DNA of 63,961 nt, filler included, from Licmophora abbreviata (GCA_900291995.1; 9 parts of 9 records of this genome joined end to end with filler, not necessarily neighbours in it); one strand, 5' to 3'. Counted from the first letter of the whole stretch, positions 44,989 through 57,943 are shown. The notes: a model not told the origin generated them from the letters alone. Numbers and translations are program-made.

Positions 44989-46594
44989 CTAATTTCCTCT
45001 GTATTGAGAAAAAAAGGAGCCGGATTGGTCCTGTTCAAAAGACCCAGCATCTCTAATTTCGGGATCGATTCTGGAGAAGAGCGTATTCTCGTCTGAGACG
45101 GCTTCCTTGGTCCCTGAGAGCTGGAGAATAGAGCCAAGACTTTTTGCGAGCGCGGCCTCGTCGAGCGCCTGGTTCACGAGGAATGACGGTTGGCCCCACG
45201 TCGTGTCGAGTCCAGGATCAGACTCGAACAAGGAGCTGGGCGTAGTCGACTCAGTCGTCCGTGGGAACAACCCAGGAGGACGACGCATCGACTTTCCGAG
45301 GTCTGGCGTTTCACGGAAGACAGAGGAGATATCACCGCTGCCTGTAGACGGTCCAGTCATAACGAACGTGCCCGCAGCCGCAGGTGTGTTCGTCAGGCTG
45401 TTGGAACCATACGTCGGGAAGGAATTCTCGCGACGACCGAGAGGATCGTCATTCGAGTGTAATACAGTTGGGATCGAAGGCGCCGAAGCTGTGCGCTCGC
45501 GATTGAAGTCAAAACCGCCACCAATGACACCACCTTTTGGACTGGACCACAGTGTCGCAGGAGAAGAATTGCGAGACAAGTTGGTTCCGGGAGTTGCGTC
45601 AAATCCAAGAATCGCAGGACCGTCACCTGAAAGGGGTCGATCCTCGTGAAGGTGAGACAGATGCAAACCAGGACGGGGTGACATCGTGCTAGAGCGCTGG
45701 CGGTTGCCAGCATAGTCAAACGGAGAAGTCCCTGATACGTATGATGGGCTTGATCTCGATCGACCAAACGGAACCTCGTCATAAGCGCCCTTTCCCGCTG
45801 AAAATGCAGACTCAGATCCGAGATAATCCGAGCCCACCGTGCTGTTCATCGATGCAATGCTAGCCGTTTCCCAGGCCTGATCCACGCTAGATGTCTGCTG
45901 CCACGACTCTCTTCCAGCGTTCGCCGCAAGCGACGAATTACTAGGATGAGAGGACATTCTGATCGTAGGGTGCGGTTGGGTAAACGCAGAAGCGTTCGGA
46001 TCGCGTCCAGATACTCCGTGCGTGGGCGTAGGGATGCTGCCGTGCTCATGACGATCGGTGGACTCGGCTTGTAAACGAGCTTTGGTCATGTCCTTGAGTT
46101 CCTGGACAGTCAGGCCATGAGGAAGCTTGGGCTTGCCGCTGCTTTGTTTCTTCTGACTCGGCCCTGGTGAAATCGGCTTCTTTGGGTACGACATGCTAGT
46201 AGCGACTGTCGGTTTGGAGGCCTCAGGGTATCGACCGCTGGGCAACTGCTGCAAGAATATGATTTGAGGGTCAGACGTGATCCAATCACCAAAACAATGC
46301 TTCACGCAGTCGACAACGCTCGTCCTCGTCTTGACTTACCGACGTGTTCGCAGAGTTGCTACCAACATTCTCAATGTGACGAAGTCGACTCGGTTGCACA
46401 GCATGCGGAGAAAAGTGATGCGAGCGCGTTACCTGACTGGGGGTAATAGCGGAAGCTGGAGCACTGCGATGATAGGGGGATATCCCGTGCGCGTTGAATC
46501 CTACGCCACGGGCACCGGCCTCTTTCCCGGGTTGCTGCGAATATCCAGGAATGAAGTGACCTTGCTGCTGTTGTCCCTCTACCGCAAGCCGCAT
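44989..46594 (-). CDS. Low-complexity Ser/Pro/Gly-rich protein with PHGLTVQELKDMTKARL motif, 2 exons
   Basis: ORF 46594 (MRLAVEGQQQQ..ANTS) ends at a GTAAGT donor (46339). A 91-nt phase-0 intron ends at a CAGCAG acceptor (46249), in frame with the 438-aa ORF. Confidence 0.75.
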
Positions 46595-46761
46595 GGCCGT
46601 CTGCTTTTTTAGATCCTACAGGAGAATGGACAATCGTAAAGCAGTGAGAACTTGTAAAGAGTGTGACATGCAATACATCAGAAAGATTGGTTGGCAATTC
46701 GAATCGTCGTGATGAAATTTTGAGGGAATGAGAAAATCAAAGTGGTCGTGCCCGCGTGATC

Positions 46762-46769
46762 TGACGTCA
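46762..46769. promoter_or_regulatory. CRE/bZIP palindrome TGACGTCA with nearby inverted CCAAT (another TGACGTCA at 61110-61117)
   Basis: Motif is ~170 nt upstream of the ATG at 46594; ATTGG at ~46790. Confidence 0.35.
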
Positions 46770-48446
46770 CTAAGCCCGGAACTTCCCTAATTGGATTACA
46801 AGCATGTTATCCATCACCGAACATATCGAAGATGATACGCGTCACGGTGCGAACACAAGACATACGCAGTCCAGACCGTCCAAATCTTGTAACAAGAACG
46901 TGAATTTGTACGTGTGCCTCGTACGGAGAAAAAAATCCGGGAAGAGCCTTCCGGAGTTCCCGACCATGAGAGAGCTTCGGTCCCAGATTCTCCCCCAAGG
47001 ACCATCAAGATACTACCCAAACTTCTATCGGACGTATCTTTACTTAGATGAAAACAACAGATCGACTACTGGGCTCCCAAACTCGTTTTCGGACGAGATA
47101 CAGTAGAAGCACGCCAAAAGCGACTCGTGGAGTCATGCATATCGTTGTAGTCTCTTACCTCCATGGTTATCGCATGCTTTCGTGAAGAGCCCCCCTCGCT
47201 TTCCTGCTGACGAGACTGTCTAGTAGTCTGGCTTGAATGCTGGGGCATCGCCCCAACCCTTGCGTAAGGCATGCTTCGGGTTGGGCTCGTTCCTGTGTGC
47301 CCGAAAGCGAAATTGGGAAGAGTGAAGGCTTGTGAGCGAGGGGGTGATGACGACGCGGGTCCGAAGCGCCTCTCGTAGGATTCAGTATACTTTCTACGAA
47401 AGGATCACAATATTTAGACTCCCACAGTAACGAATACATAAATCTTATGCCGTATGACCACAGTACCACGCCTACGTAGGAATCCGTAGACTCATTTTTT
47501 CAGTTGTGGGACTCGCTCCACGGGCGGAGTTTCGAGGATGAAATTTGATGGGGGGGGGGGTCAAAGTTTGTTCAGGAGTCGTGAGACGCATGTAGCAAAC
47601 CTGGATTGAGGAGGAGTCAGTCTTGAAAAACGTTTTTGGTGTAAGACGATTTGTGCATGATAAGAGCTAGCTACGATTCATGTTGCGTTTGTTGAGGTTA
47701 GCACACTCGTAGTCGCAGTAGTAGCTACTACTAGTTGCTAGAGAGTTGTAGTCGGCCACTAGAATTGGTCGAACAGCAATCAACCCCTCGCTTATCTTAC
47801 TCTGTTCACTCATGTAGCTTCTCTTCTTTCTCAATTGATGATCGGACTTCATCGTGTCGTCTCTTGATCGACACCGACCGATCGCACCTCGACAGTCGCC
47901 GGATCAATCGTGCTAGGCTACTACTATCTACTCGAGTACTCAGTAGTACAGGCAACTACCAATACTCATCTTCCAGGCAGACCAACTACTGAACCAACGA
48001 TAGTGACTCTAAGCGACAATTCAATCCTTTTACTGGTCTCAGTTAGAAGATCGATGCCCGTAATAATCAGGAAATCTAGCTAGCCAACGGTCGCCCAGTC
48101 CCGAAACCGGCGAAAGATGATGTTGGCGGACTGACATTTCTAGAATGACCCTTTGACATTTCTTCTGACATCGTTGATGACTTCTTGTTTCTTGTGATGT
48201 CGTCGTCATCGTTGGCCGTTTCTATTCTGATCATCGGGTAGCAGACAGACCGCAAGATTCTCATCAGCTCTCACGACGCGAGAAAAAAGAACAAGTTGAT
48301 CTCTGTGTAGAATCCTACGAATTCCCAGTACAATCGAGACACGCACCTGCATGCGCTTCTCGCGCTCGATGGACATCTCTCGCTATCTTTTTGTTGCTGG
48401 GGGGTGTCGCCGACGGAACAAGGAAAAAAGGCCGAATAGCAGCACG

Positions 48447-50866
48447 ATGAGCACCCATGTTGCCTCTCTGATGATGCGGAGTGCCGCCCACAAGGCATTG
48501 TTGAAGAGAGTGACTGGCTTTCGTACTATGGGACGAAATACCAGTGGTATCTTGCACACACATCATCTACAGCCACAGCGGACTTGTGCTTCGCTTCATG
48601 CGACGGAAGAAGCGTCGTTTCTGAACCATCTTCCGCCTCATGCTCTCATCGAACCTCTCCCTGCAGTCGCGTATGATTTTTGGGATGACGAGGAAGACCA
48701 CGTGAGGGAAACAGAATCGAATGCGGTGTCGGGTTCTCAAGACTACGATTCGTCTCGTCTGCATCACGCGGAGGAACAACACGCTGGTAGAGCCTTATCA
48801 CACGAGAGTACGACGACAGGCAGAGTCGCATCGTCGTCGCTTCCCGGAGGAGGAGGCGGAAGTTTAACTCCACCACCGTCGTCGCCTTCACCGATTCTCA
48901 CTCCAGCCGATCAAACCAAGGCTCACCGCAAAAGCGGTGGCGGCGGAGGTCGCTATCGATGCCCCAAGTGCGGACAGTCCGTCACGTTTCGTCACCAGGA
49001 CTTTGAAGAGAATACATACTACTGCGCTACATGCTCGGGATGGTTTGTTATTACGAGTGCGTTGGCGCAGGACAGGAATGGATACGAAGAGTATGCCAAA
49101 AATGGAAGTGCCGGAGGAGGCAGCAAACCTCAAGAACCGCAAATACTAATGCAGCATGTAAGTGTTCGACAGGAGCACTTCACACACGCGTCGTCTCAGC
49201 CTCATCATACTCACACCATTCTGTCTTTCCTCTAACTGCTTTCTCAGATTCCAGTAACGCCTACAGGAGCCAGTGGAAATGGCCGCCATCGTCCCGACGC
49301 AGCCCCGACCGAGTCTTCGGGCGACGAGGACTCGGACGATCCCGCACCCGCTGCCGAGGCTCACGGAGGCTCGGGCCCTTCGTCTCCCTCCCATCTCCCC
49401 ACTCCGCGTGAAATTTGCAAGGGCCTCAACGAGTATGTGATTGGACAACACAATGTCAAGATTGCACTGAGCGTCGGAGTTCACAATCACTACAAGCGCT
49501 TGCGTGTATCGGAATCAAAGGCAGACCGCAAGGCTGCCGCGGCAATGGAAGCGGCGGCGGAAAGTGGGGAAATCACTATGGAAGGAGAGAAGGCATTGGA
49601 AGGATTGGATCTCGCGCAATTTGGAAAGACCATGAGCAGTGCTGGTAGCGACCCTGCCGCCAAGTCGAAGATATCGTCGGAGTCTCCTGACTTCAATAGC
49701 ATCACGAGCCGTGAGTTTGGACGGGAAGTGGAAGATTGCGAGTTGGACAAGAGCAATATCATTATCATTGGGCCTACAGGCTCTGGGAAGACGTTACTAG
49801 TCAAGACACTTGCCAAGCTGATTGACGTGCCTCTGGTGATTGCAGATGCGACATGTTTGACGCAGGCGGGGTACGTAGGGGAAGATGTGGAGAGTATCTT
49901 GTTCAAGCTGTACTTGGAAAGTGGACAGGACCTGGAGCGCTGTCAACGTGGCATCGTTTACATTGACGAGTCTGATAAGATTCGCAAGTCCGGAGGCAAT
50001 GTCAGTATCAGCCGCGACGTGTCTGGGGAGGGGGTGCAGCACGCACTGCTCAAGATTGTGGAAGGAAGCGTAATCAATGTCCCCAAGGTGAGTCGAACGG
50101 CGCACCTTTGTCATCCCGACGTTGTACATAGCTCACGCCTTTTCATTGGATCGTTCGTGTTTCACAGGAACCCGGTCGAAAGAACCCTCGCGGAGACTTC
50201 TTGCAGATTGATACGTCCAATATTCTTTTCATCTGCGGTGGGGCGTTTTCTGGATTGGAGCGAATCATCAATCGCCGCATGGACACGGCATCGATTGGAT
50301 TTGGCGCACAGATGAAGAGAGAGCTTGACGATCAAAAGGTACAGGGCGAGTACTTTGACAATGCCATTCCGAAGGACTTGGTCGAGTACGGCATGATTCC
50401 TGAATTTGTGGGCCGCTTCCCTGTCGTTGTGTCCACCAAGGGTCTCGACGTGGAGAACCTGGTGGACATTTTAACAGTCCCGAAGAACTCGCTCATGAAG
50501 CAATACAGGTACCTCTTTGCCATGAACGATTCGGACTTTCACATTACGGGATGCGGACTGGAAGAGATTGCCAAGACCGCCTTTTCCCGTGGCACTGGTG
50601 CCCGCGGTCTTCGATCCATTACCGAGAATGTCTTGATGGAAACCATGTTTGTGGTGCCTTCCATACCGAGCGTGCATACCGTATACGTGGACGCCGCGGC
50701 GGTGCGAGGCGAACGCAAGCCGATTCTCCTGAAGGATCCAAACATTACAGCCGAGGAATACGAAGCCTTGGTCAAGGAGGGCAAAGGAGATGGTGTGGAG
50801 GGAGCGACACCCGTGTTTGTGGACCCCGCTGCCGAGGACCTAGAGGAGGAGCAGGAAGTAGCTTAG
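48447..50866 (+). CDS. clpX: ClpX AAA+ unfoldase, mitochondrial-type, 3 exons
   Basis: CPKC..CATC zinc finger; [56 protein letters not shown] loop; GARGLR. Introns 49158-49247 and 50088-50167. Confidence 0.96.
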
Positions 50867-50989
50867 AGAGAGGGATATACTAGTATCGTAGAGTAGGGAG
50901 TTCATATATAACGGCGCGCTGATGAATGTATAAGTTTTGCTTTCCATTGCAATTGCCTTGTCATAGTATGCGTAACTTTGGCCGCTGCT

Positions 50990-51433
50990 TTACTGATCCC
51001 GCTTTCGTAATCTTTGCCACGCCTCAGTCGCTTTCCAGGACATCCATATGCGACCTGGTATGGTGATTGGCTTGACAACAAGCCTTCCCACTTTGGCCTC
51101 AATGTACGATGTCGCAAGTCGAGCAGGATCTACACCACGTTCCTGAAACCGCGACGAAAGCCAATTTGGCGACCCTCCGGACGCTCGTTCGCTCAACGAA
51201 AGTTTCTGCAGCTGCCTCTGCACTCTTGGCTGACTCATAAGAATCGAGGTAGGTCTTTTCCACGAAGGACACTCCGAGACTGCACCGCCGCCCAGCCCCT
51301 GCTGATAGCACAGATACCACGTTCCCGAAAGCAAGATTGCCGAGAGTGCTGTGTGCACAACGACAAAAACTGAAATATCTACAGCCGACATATCATGCTC
51401 TTGTAGAAACGTGGTTGTTATGTTACTAAACAT
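50990..51433 (-). CDS. Small membrane protein, weakly FAM210/DUF1279-like
   Basis: Hydrophobic VFVVVHTALSAILLSGTWYLCY; LATSYIEAK..R..KPITIPGRIW. Confidence 0.5.
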   Translation of the reverse strand: MFSNITTTFLQEHDMSAVDISVFVVVHTALSAILLSGTWYLCYQQGLGGGAVSECPSWKRPTSILMSQPRVQRQLQKLSLSERASGGSPNWLSSRFQERGVDPARLATSYIEAKVGRLVVKPITIPGRIWMSWKATEAWQRLRKRDQ

Positions 51434-51717
51434 CGTAGATGGATCTGCTGTAGTGATGGCGTCGTGAGTGTCCTCGTCGTCATGGTTGATGTGTGTCTGT
51501 GTTGAAACACGCCACGCGGCGCGCCAAATCATGAAGTCAGTCACGGCATATTCAATATGACGAGATTTTAGTCCCGCCTGTATCTCCTGCCGTCTGGCAT
51601 TCGCACCGAATGGACTTCGGTGTCGGTCGATGAGGTTCGTCTCGTCGCGTCGCTGCGCGGCTGGTGCCACAATGCTGTGGTGCACGTTGCTGTTCTCTTG
51701 ATCAAACCGTCAACATC

Positions 51718-52513
51718 ATGGATACTGTCCTGGGAGTAAAGTTTGCAGGGGGTGGTACGTCTTCAACGATGAAGCTCAGGAAAATGTACAAAACGCGCTC
51801 CCGACCGAACGCCATGATATCTTGAAAATAGCCTTGCTGTCTGTCGGACCGTATCCAGCCGGAAGTCTCTCGCCGTTCTCTCGTCCGTACTAACGCTTTT
51901 CTCATTCCTCACATTGCTTTGTTGAATTTCAGTCGTCCTCGCGGCAGACCAGAGCAATGCTCGAAGCATCCTTACGTATCAACACAACTTGGACAAGATC
52001 ACGGAACTCACCTCTCACTCGGCCATGGGCGTCTCGGGTCCCAACTGTGACATGGTCAAGTTTACGGAATACGTTTCCAAGAACCTGGCACTCTACGAGC
52101 TTTCAAACGACGGAACCAAGCTCTCCACCCACGCCCAGGCCAACTTTTGCCGCAGCGAACTCGCCACGGCTCTACGAAAGGGACCCTACCAAGTCAACTG
52201 CTTGATTGGTGGATACGACGAGAACGAGGAAGACAAAAAAGATACGGCATCCTTGTATTTCTTGGATTATATGGCATCCCTTCAAAAAATTCCGTACGGA
52301 TGTCAGGGACACGCCTCAAACTTTTGTTTGAGTATCATGGACCGAGAGTACCTGGAGAATATGAGCGAAGCGGAAGCTCTAAAGGTGATTGAGGATTGCA
52401 TTGCCGAACTGCACAAGCGATTCCTCATTGCGCAACCCAATTTTATCATCAAAGTGATTGACAAAGACGGAGTTCGAGTGATCAAGTTTGGTGGTGACCC
52501 GGCTGATACGTAA
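51718..52513 (+). CDS. PSMB2: 20S proteasome subunit beta-4 (PSMB2/Pre1), 2 exons
   Basis: MDTVLGVKFAGG|VVLAADQSNARSI across intron 51755-51932 (TACTAAC branch point); ANFCRSELATALRKGPYQVN.LIGGYD; LYFLDYMASL. Confidence 0.95.
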
Positions 52514-52884
52514 TACTAGCACGATTGCGGAAGGAGATGCGGATCGAATTGGCATATCGTCATTGGCGTTTTGGAACGTGGGATACGACTTCGGAGCGAC
52601 GTCATTGTGCCTACAAGAACTTCGTATGTAACTAGCGCTTGGTGCTGTCCTCGCAGAAGAATGCGTCTCGTAGCTCTAGTCTTTGCCGAGAGCGACGCAT
52701 CGTCGTCGGCGCCGTAGGTCCCATGATGATGGATGTGTCGAACTGAATCTCGAGCTCCGACGAGGTCCACTGACAACGACGAGAGCCACAATGACCGCTG
52801 CCATAATGATGAGACGGGAGTAAACTCCGAGGAACACTTACTTCTGCTGTTGTCGGTGTTATTGGTGGTATTTTCAATGTTCTG

Positions 52885-54982
52885 ATGGTCCCACGTAATC
52901 TTGATGAGGGATTTATGAAGGAGGGCGATAGACTGCTATTTTCGGAGTCCGCGTTGGAGCGAGAGACTCAGATCAAGCGAACGACTCGACTGCATGCTGC
53001 CGCGGCCGACTACGTACGAGTCAATGACGATGATGATGGAGGTGCTCTCGCCCCGATGCCGCTTGACGACGACTGGGTACTTCGAAATCTTTGTGAACCG
53101 GAAGTCGAGACCCTCCGTGGACCATGCCGATGTCGATGCCAGGATTGGTCGAAAATTAGACTGCTTCTGAGACGAGAAGAATGTGACAAGGACCAGAGTT
53201 ACGCGCTGGAACTGCTCGTCTCGGACAATGCATTTGCAGGCCTCGTCGTTCTGGGAGTCGACGGTGCATCCTCGCCTGAGGACACATCCGAATGGCACAG
53301 ACTTCCCGCTGGCATCCACTCCAATGCCTTGGTAGCCGACTGTATCTTGGAACCTCACTGTCGCGTCTATCGAAACACCATGTTGATGAATACTCACGTG
53401 GGCGCCCTTTCGGTCGTTGCGAACTGTGGTCATATTTCCTTCACGGAGAGCTTCACGTGGAACAAATTGGATATCTCGGTTGGACCGGAAAGTGGAGGAG
53501 GGAGAAATGTACAAACTACGGCGGAGACTACCATGAAGGACGTTTGCAGCGAACTAGGCATGTCGACGGGACCCCGCTCGGGAACGTGGTCGCCGACCTC
53601 ACCACGCATCGTTGAATGCCAATACAACATCATTGGTCCATCGAGTCTTGTTCGCGACACACCAACACTCGCAAACATATACTTGGCACCAAAGTCGTCG
53701 ATTGTCGCTGCCACATCGGTTGCGAATACACTGTTGCTATCGCAGGCTTCCATTGGAAACGCTTCCACTGTTTCTAACTCGTTCTTGCAGTGGGACGCCT
53801 GCGTTACAGACCGCTCGTCCGTCTCTGATTGTCTCTTAATGGAGCAGGCGCATGTGGGACCGCACAGTCTCGTCACCTCTTCCATTCTTGGCCCCGATGT
53901 GCACGTGTCGGCAGGTGAAATCCATGCGTCGGTGTTGGGTCCGAACACGAACGCTCATCACCAATCGCTCGTCATAAGCGCACTGTGGCCACTCGGACGG
54001 GGGAACGTGGGATACGGTGCCAATGTCGGATCTAATCATACTGGACGACTTCCGGATCAAGAGACTGTTGCTGCGGAGGGAACGTTCTGGGGTCTCACCA
54101 CGTGCATCAAGTTTCCCGTCGACATGTCGTTGTCTCCCTACACAATTGTCGCTGCCGGAACGACGCTTCCAGCCACAGCGCATAGCCATGCCGTTCAGTT
54201 TGATTGTCGAGACGGATGGGGTCAACCACATTCTCCCCGGCTGGGTCCTGCACAATTCTCCCTACACGCTTAGCCGCTCCGAGGCCAAGTTTGTCAACAG
54301 AAGAAAAGCAATGCGACACAAAGACTACACCGGGTGGAGTATTGTTCGGCCTAGTACCGTCGACATGTGTATTGCAGCGCGACAATCTCTACAGAGTAAT
54401 GCAACACAAGACGGAGTGTACAAGACGGACGGTGATGTGATTGGTATTGGCAAGAATCATCTCACCGAGCGAGCAAGAACTACAGGGATTCAGGCGTATA
54501 CCCAGTGCATCCAGCGATACGCCCTGCGTGGTCTCTTAATGTGGATCGATGGACAACATTCGTCAATCGTGGACACCGTGTCGACTCTAAGTGTGGAGAT
54601 TGCAAACTTGAAGGCCGTCTCCTTGCCGACGGCGGACTCATTAATGCAGGTCCGATGGCCGACTCTTCCTTGGGAGGAAGACGCCGGGTCGCGTTGGTAC
54701 CACTGTCTTTCTCTCCTTCAGGCCGAGTTTCCGCTCCAGGGCGATGTAATGAGCTGGGTCATTGACGTACTTGGGATCTTGGTATCTCTTGAACAGGAAT
54801 ACGCCACGCAGGTCTACAAGAGCAAGAAGCGGGACGATACCCGCGGCGCCAAGACGATTCCAAACTACGCAAGCGCTCACGTTGCCGCCGAAGACGACAG
54901 TATTGTGGTTGCCGCTGCGGAATTGGCGAGTCAGACGGAAGCTGCAGTGAAGCGCCTTGTTAGAAATAGAAGTAAGCTGTAG
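52885..54982 (+). CDS. Left-handed beta-helix (hexapeptide) protein, DUF4954-like; frameshift near 54170
   Basis: Hexapeptide-type repeats, HHQSLVISALWPLGRGNVGYGANVGSNHTGRLPDQE, then PQRIAMPFSLI..N.I.PGWVL...PY.L.RSE.KF in the next frame. Confidence 0.75.
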
Positions 54983-55148
54983 ATGGCAATTTCTAATATT
55001 GCCCATCACTAAGACAAGTAAAATTGGCGAAACGCTCTTTTCAAAGCAAGTACAAACATCTTTCTTACACTCATTGCGTTACGGTCGCTACTCCCTTCTC
55101 CAAGAAAAAAGATAATGATCGCAACGGCATCGCCTTTCATTATGTCAT

Positions 55149-56380
55149 TTACGCGTCGCCGTCGTCGTTGAGTATCTCATCCAGCGCCTTGTCGTCCTCT
55201 ACCCCCGCCGAGATGAACTGTGAAATCACAAGAAAGATGGAAAGTGTCTCGTCGATGAGAGTCAACGCGATTGTCAAAACCTCAAGAGAACGACACATCA
55301 TTCCATGCCTTCATCAGCACTTCATACCTGTCCGTCATCTCCCACTGTGTACGCATCTTCGGGTTTGGCATACAAGACCTTGAAGATATTCTCCACCACG
55401 TGCAAGGTCGTCGTATCTTCTTCCTCTTCTTTGCCTTCCTGATGAATCTGCAGCATGGTTTCAACGTCACGCATCTTATCAAAGTAAAAGTCACGTTCCT
55501 TCTCAATGTCTACGATATGAGATTCGAGTTCCGTCACTTTGTGAGTGAGTTCACCATTCTTCTTCATCAAGTTGGCATCTGCTAGAATGGCGTCCGTCAC
55601 CAAGTCATTGGAGCCACCCGAAACAGCAGAACGATTGCCGATTGTATTTTCCTTTTGCGTCCTGCGACGAGCGATCGTGGAAGTTGCAGTCATGGTTTTG
55701 CTGCTGCGAGTTGTCGCCGTCCTGGCGGTGACGGGGCGACGAGAAGCAGCAGTCGTCGAGGATGCATCGACACGACGCGTCCGAGGCTGGGATGGGACTG
55801 TCTTGCTATTGTAGGTTCCAGCGGTCTTGTCAAAGAACTGGTGAGCCTTCTTGGCACCCTTGCCCTTGGCGCGTGCGGTAAGGGGATCATAGTCGCCTCG
55901 GTAGACGCCAGCCTGATCAAAGAAGGCCTTGAGCCACTGACAGAACTCTAGATTGTCCTGGTACTTGGCCCGAATGAGTCGATCGACGTCGACATGGCGC
56001 TTGACGTGATGCTTGTTGAATGCCGCTTGGAGGAGCTTGTAGTTCTGCACGAACTCATAGTCACTCCGGGCCTCCCAGTTGACTCGATCCATGCGGATGC
56101 TTCCTGGAAAGATGTACTCCGTGAGCTGACAGGCAACGGCACCCGAAGCCGTCTGTTCGATCTTGGTCAAGTTCAGGTCGAGGAGGTCGTTGAAGAAGTC
56201 GAGGAGTTCCTTGCGGCCTGTAAAATAGGCCGCGTCCATCATGCCTGGGTGAAAGAGTGGGAGGGTAAGAGAACACACGTGAGAGCTGCGGGCGCTATGA
56301 CAGAGCTGTGTTCTTTTTACGACGTTGGGGTCGCCTTCCAGTCACGTACCGACGGCAGCATCGCCACTGGATCTCAACAT
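55149..56380 (-). CDS. EB1: EB1/MAPRE microtubule plus-end tracking protein, 3 exons
   Basis: MLRSSGDAAV|GMMDAAYFTGRKELL (intron 56349-56245); CH domain QNYKLLQ..KYQDNLEFCQW; EKERDFYFDKMRDVE; last intron 55327-55218; acidic tail. Confidence 0.95.
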
Positions 56381-56740
56381 TGTTATAGATCAAAGGGGGG
56401 ATACGAATGATGATTCAACAAAGAGGATGTAGCCAAAAGCCGACGACTCGACACACTCGTTTGCATGCAACAATGGGAAGACATCAACGACATCGCAACG
56501 TGGTTCTGCCAAATTCAAATCTTGATTGTGTGTTGGGAGGGAGACCGCACCTCCACTGCTTGTCTTTGTGACACACAGGCACTTACTGACGGAATTGTTT
56601 ATATACACAATCACGTCGGTAGTTAGTATTGTCATTCAAATTCTAGAAAAGACTATCTTACTTAGGGAACAAATTATGATTCATATATCAGCTATCATAC
56701 TGATGATACACTTCAACTTCCAGATAGGCGCGCGCTCCCC

Positions 56741-56753
56741 TTTCCCGCCAAAA
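56741..56753 (+). promoter_or_regulatory. E2F-like site TTTCCCGCCAAAA in the EB1 divergent promoter
   Basis: Canonical E2F consensus, ~360 nt upstream of the EB1 ATG. Confidence 0.5.
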
Positions 56754-56993
56754 CAGAGACGCACGGAACCTTGAGAGAGAGGCGCACGATGCGACAGCCG
56801 GAAGGCAATGCATGGCGTGCTGCAATGGCGGTGCACCAAAGTCTGTCCGAAGCATTCAAATCATCCCTTACACACTCAAGTCCAACGCCAAAAGTCAGTT
56901 GGCTGTTTGCATGTGGCGTTGAGAATTTAAAAACACAATCGAGCGACGGGAAACGCCACTTTTTGGAGAACGGCACGAGTATCATACAAAACC

Positions 56994-57904
56994 ATGACGA
57001 CGACACGGCCTTTGCCCCTACGATTCATGTCCAGAGAAACGTTGCTGCTGTCGCTGCTATCCACGTTTCTCTTCCAAACACTGCTAGCCGGAGACGCAAC
57101 GCGTATAGAGACCCACGCGTCGCCGCATCTTCGCGGAACACTAGGGTCTTCCCTTCGACTGCGCGTGGGCACCAATGAGACTGACAACGTCAGCAGTGCC
57201 AGTGTACTGGAGGTGAGCAAGGATGAGATCCGTGCCGCAAGTAGTGGACCGTCTGCTTGCCTGAAAATCTCAACCTCTGTTGCAATTCTTTTCTCTATGC
57301 AGTCACCATTCCAGATTTCCGCAACTCACGAGCTCTGTCAATCACGCAGTCGTCGACAAGAACGACGACGGCCGGAAGACTGGTATCAAGACTGTCGCAC
57401 TCACTTACAAAGAGCGGATACGGTTCCACCCAGAAATCAATGGAATATGAACGAGTTTGTCGATTTTGTAGTCTTGCATGTCGTACAACAAGATCCTTCT
57501 ATATCAACAAGACNNNNNNNNNNNNNNNNNNNNNNNNNNNNNNNNNNNNNNNNNNNNTTAATTAATTAANNNNNNNNNNNNNNNNNNNNNNNNNNNNNNN
57601 NNNNNNNNNNNNNGTCGATTTTGTAGTCTTGCATGTCGTACAACAAGATCCTTCTATATCAACAAGACAAGCACCATCCGCCTTTCGACACTTGCCACTT
57701 CCTCTGGTTATGATTTTTCATAGCCTAGCATGTCAGTGCGTACAGGATACTCTTAATCCAAGCTGCTGTGTCGGAAGTGCGGCGCACATTGCGGCTCAAG
57801 ATGGCGATGACGACGACTGGACGCGGGCGATTTGTCAACGAGTCGATCATGCGCTCGATGAAATGTGTTTTCCTAGCTCACCGCATCCTCGTGATGAGCT
57901 CTAA
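56994..57904 (+). CDS. Small secreted Cys-rich hypothetical protein
   Basis: Signal LLLSLLSTFLFQTLLAG; probable intron 57213-57302; contig ends at gap 57514-57613 overlap ~55 nt; FRHLPLPL..F.SLACQC....CCVG.AAHI..IC. Confidence 0.65.
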
Positions 57905-57924
57905 GAGACAATGTGTATTACAAA

Positions 57925-57943
57925 AGAGAGAGAGAGAGAGAGA
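57925..57943 (+). repeat. (AG)n microsatellite
   Basis: agagagagagagagagaga just 3' of the stop codon at 57904. Confidence 0.9.

Noticed and set aside
51755..51932. Intronic snoRNA in the proteasome beta-4 intron
   Set aside because: No proper box C (RUGAUGA)/box D (CUGA) pair with a terminal stem is visible.
4615..54180. Programmed ribosomal frameshifting at the MED10, repeat-protein and DUF4954-like breaks
   Set aside because: No canonical slippery heptamer or shared signal. The breaks sit at short homopolymers or dinucleotides in a fragmented draft, so sequencing error is more parsimonious.
57459..57668. Direct repeats flanking gaps as target-site duplications or LTR ends
   Set aside because: Merging them restores continuous coding frames; they are contig overlaps.
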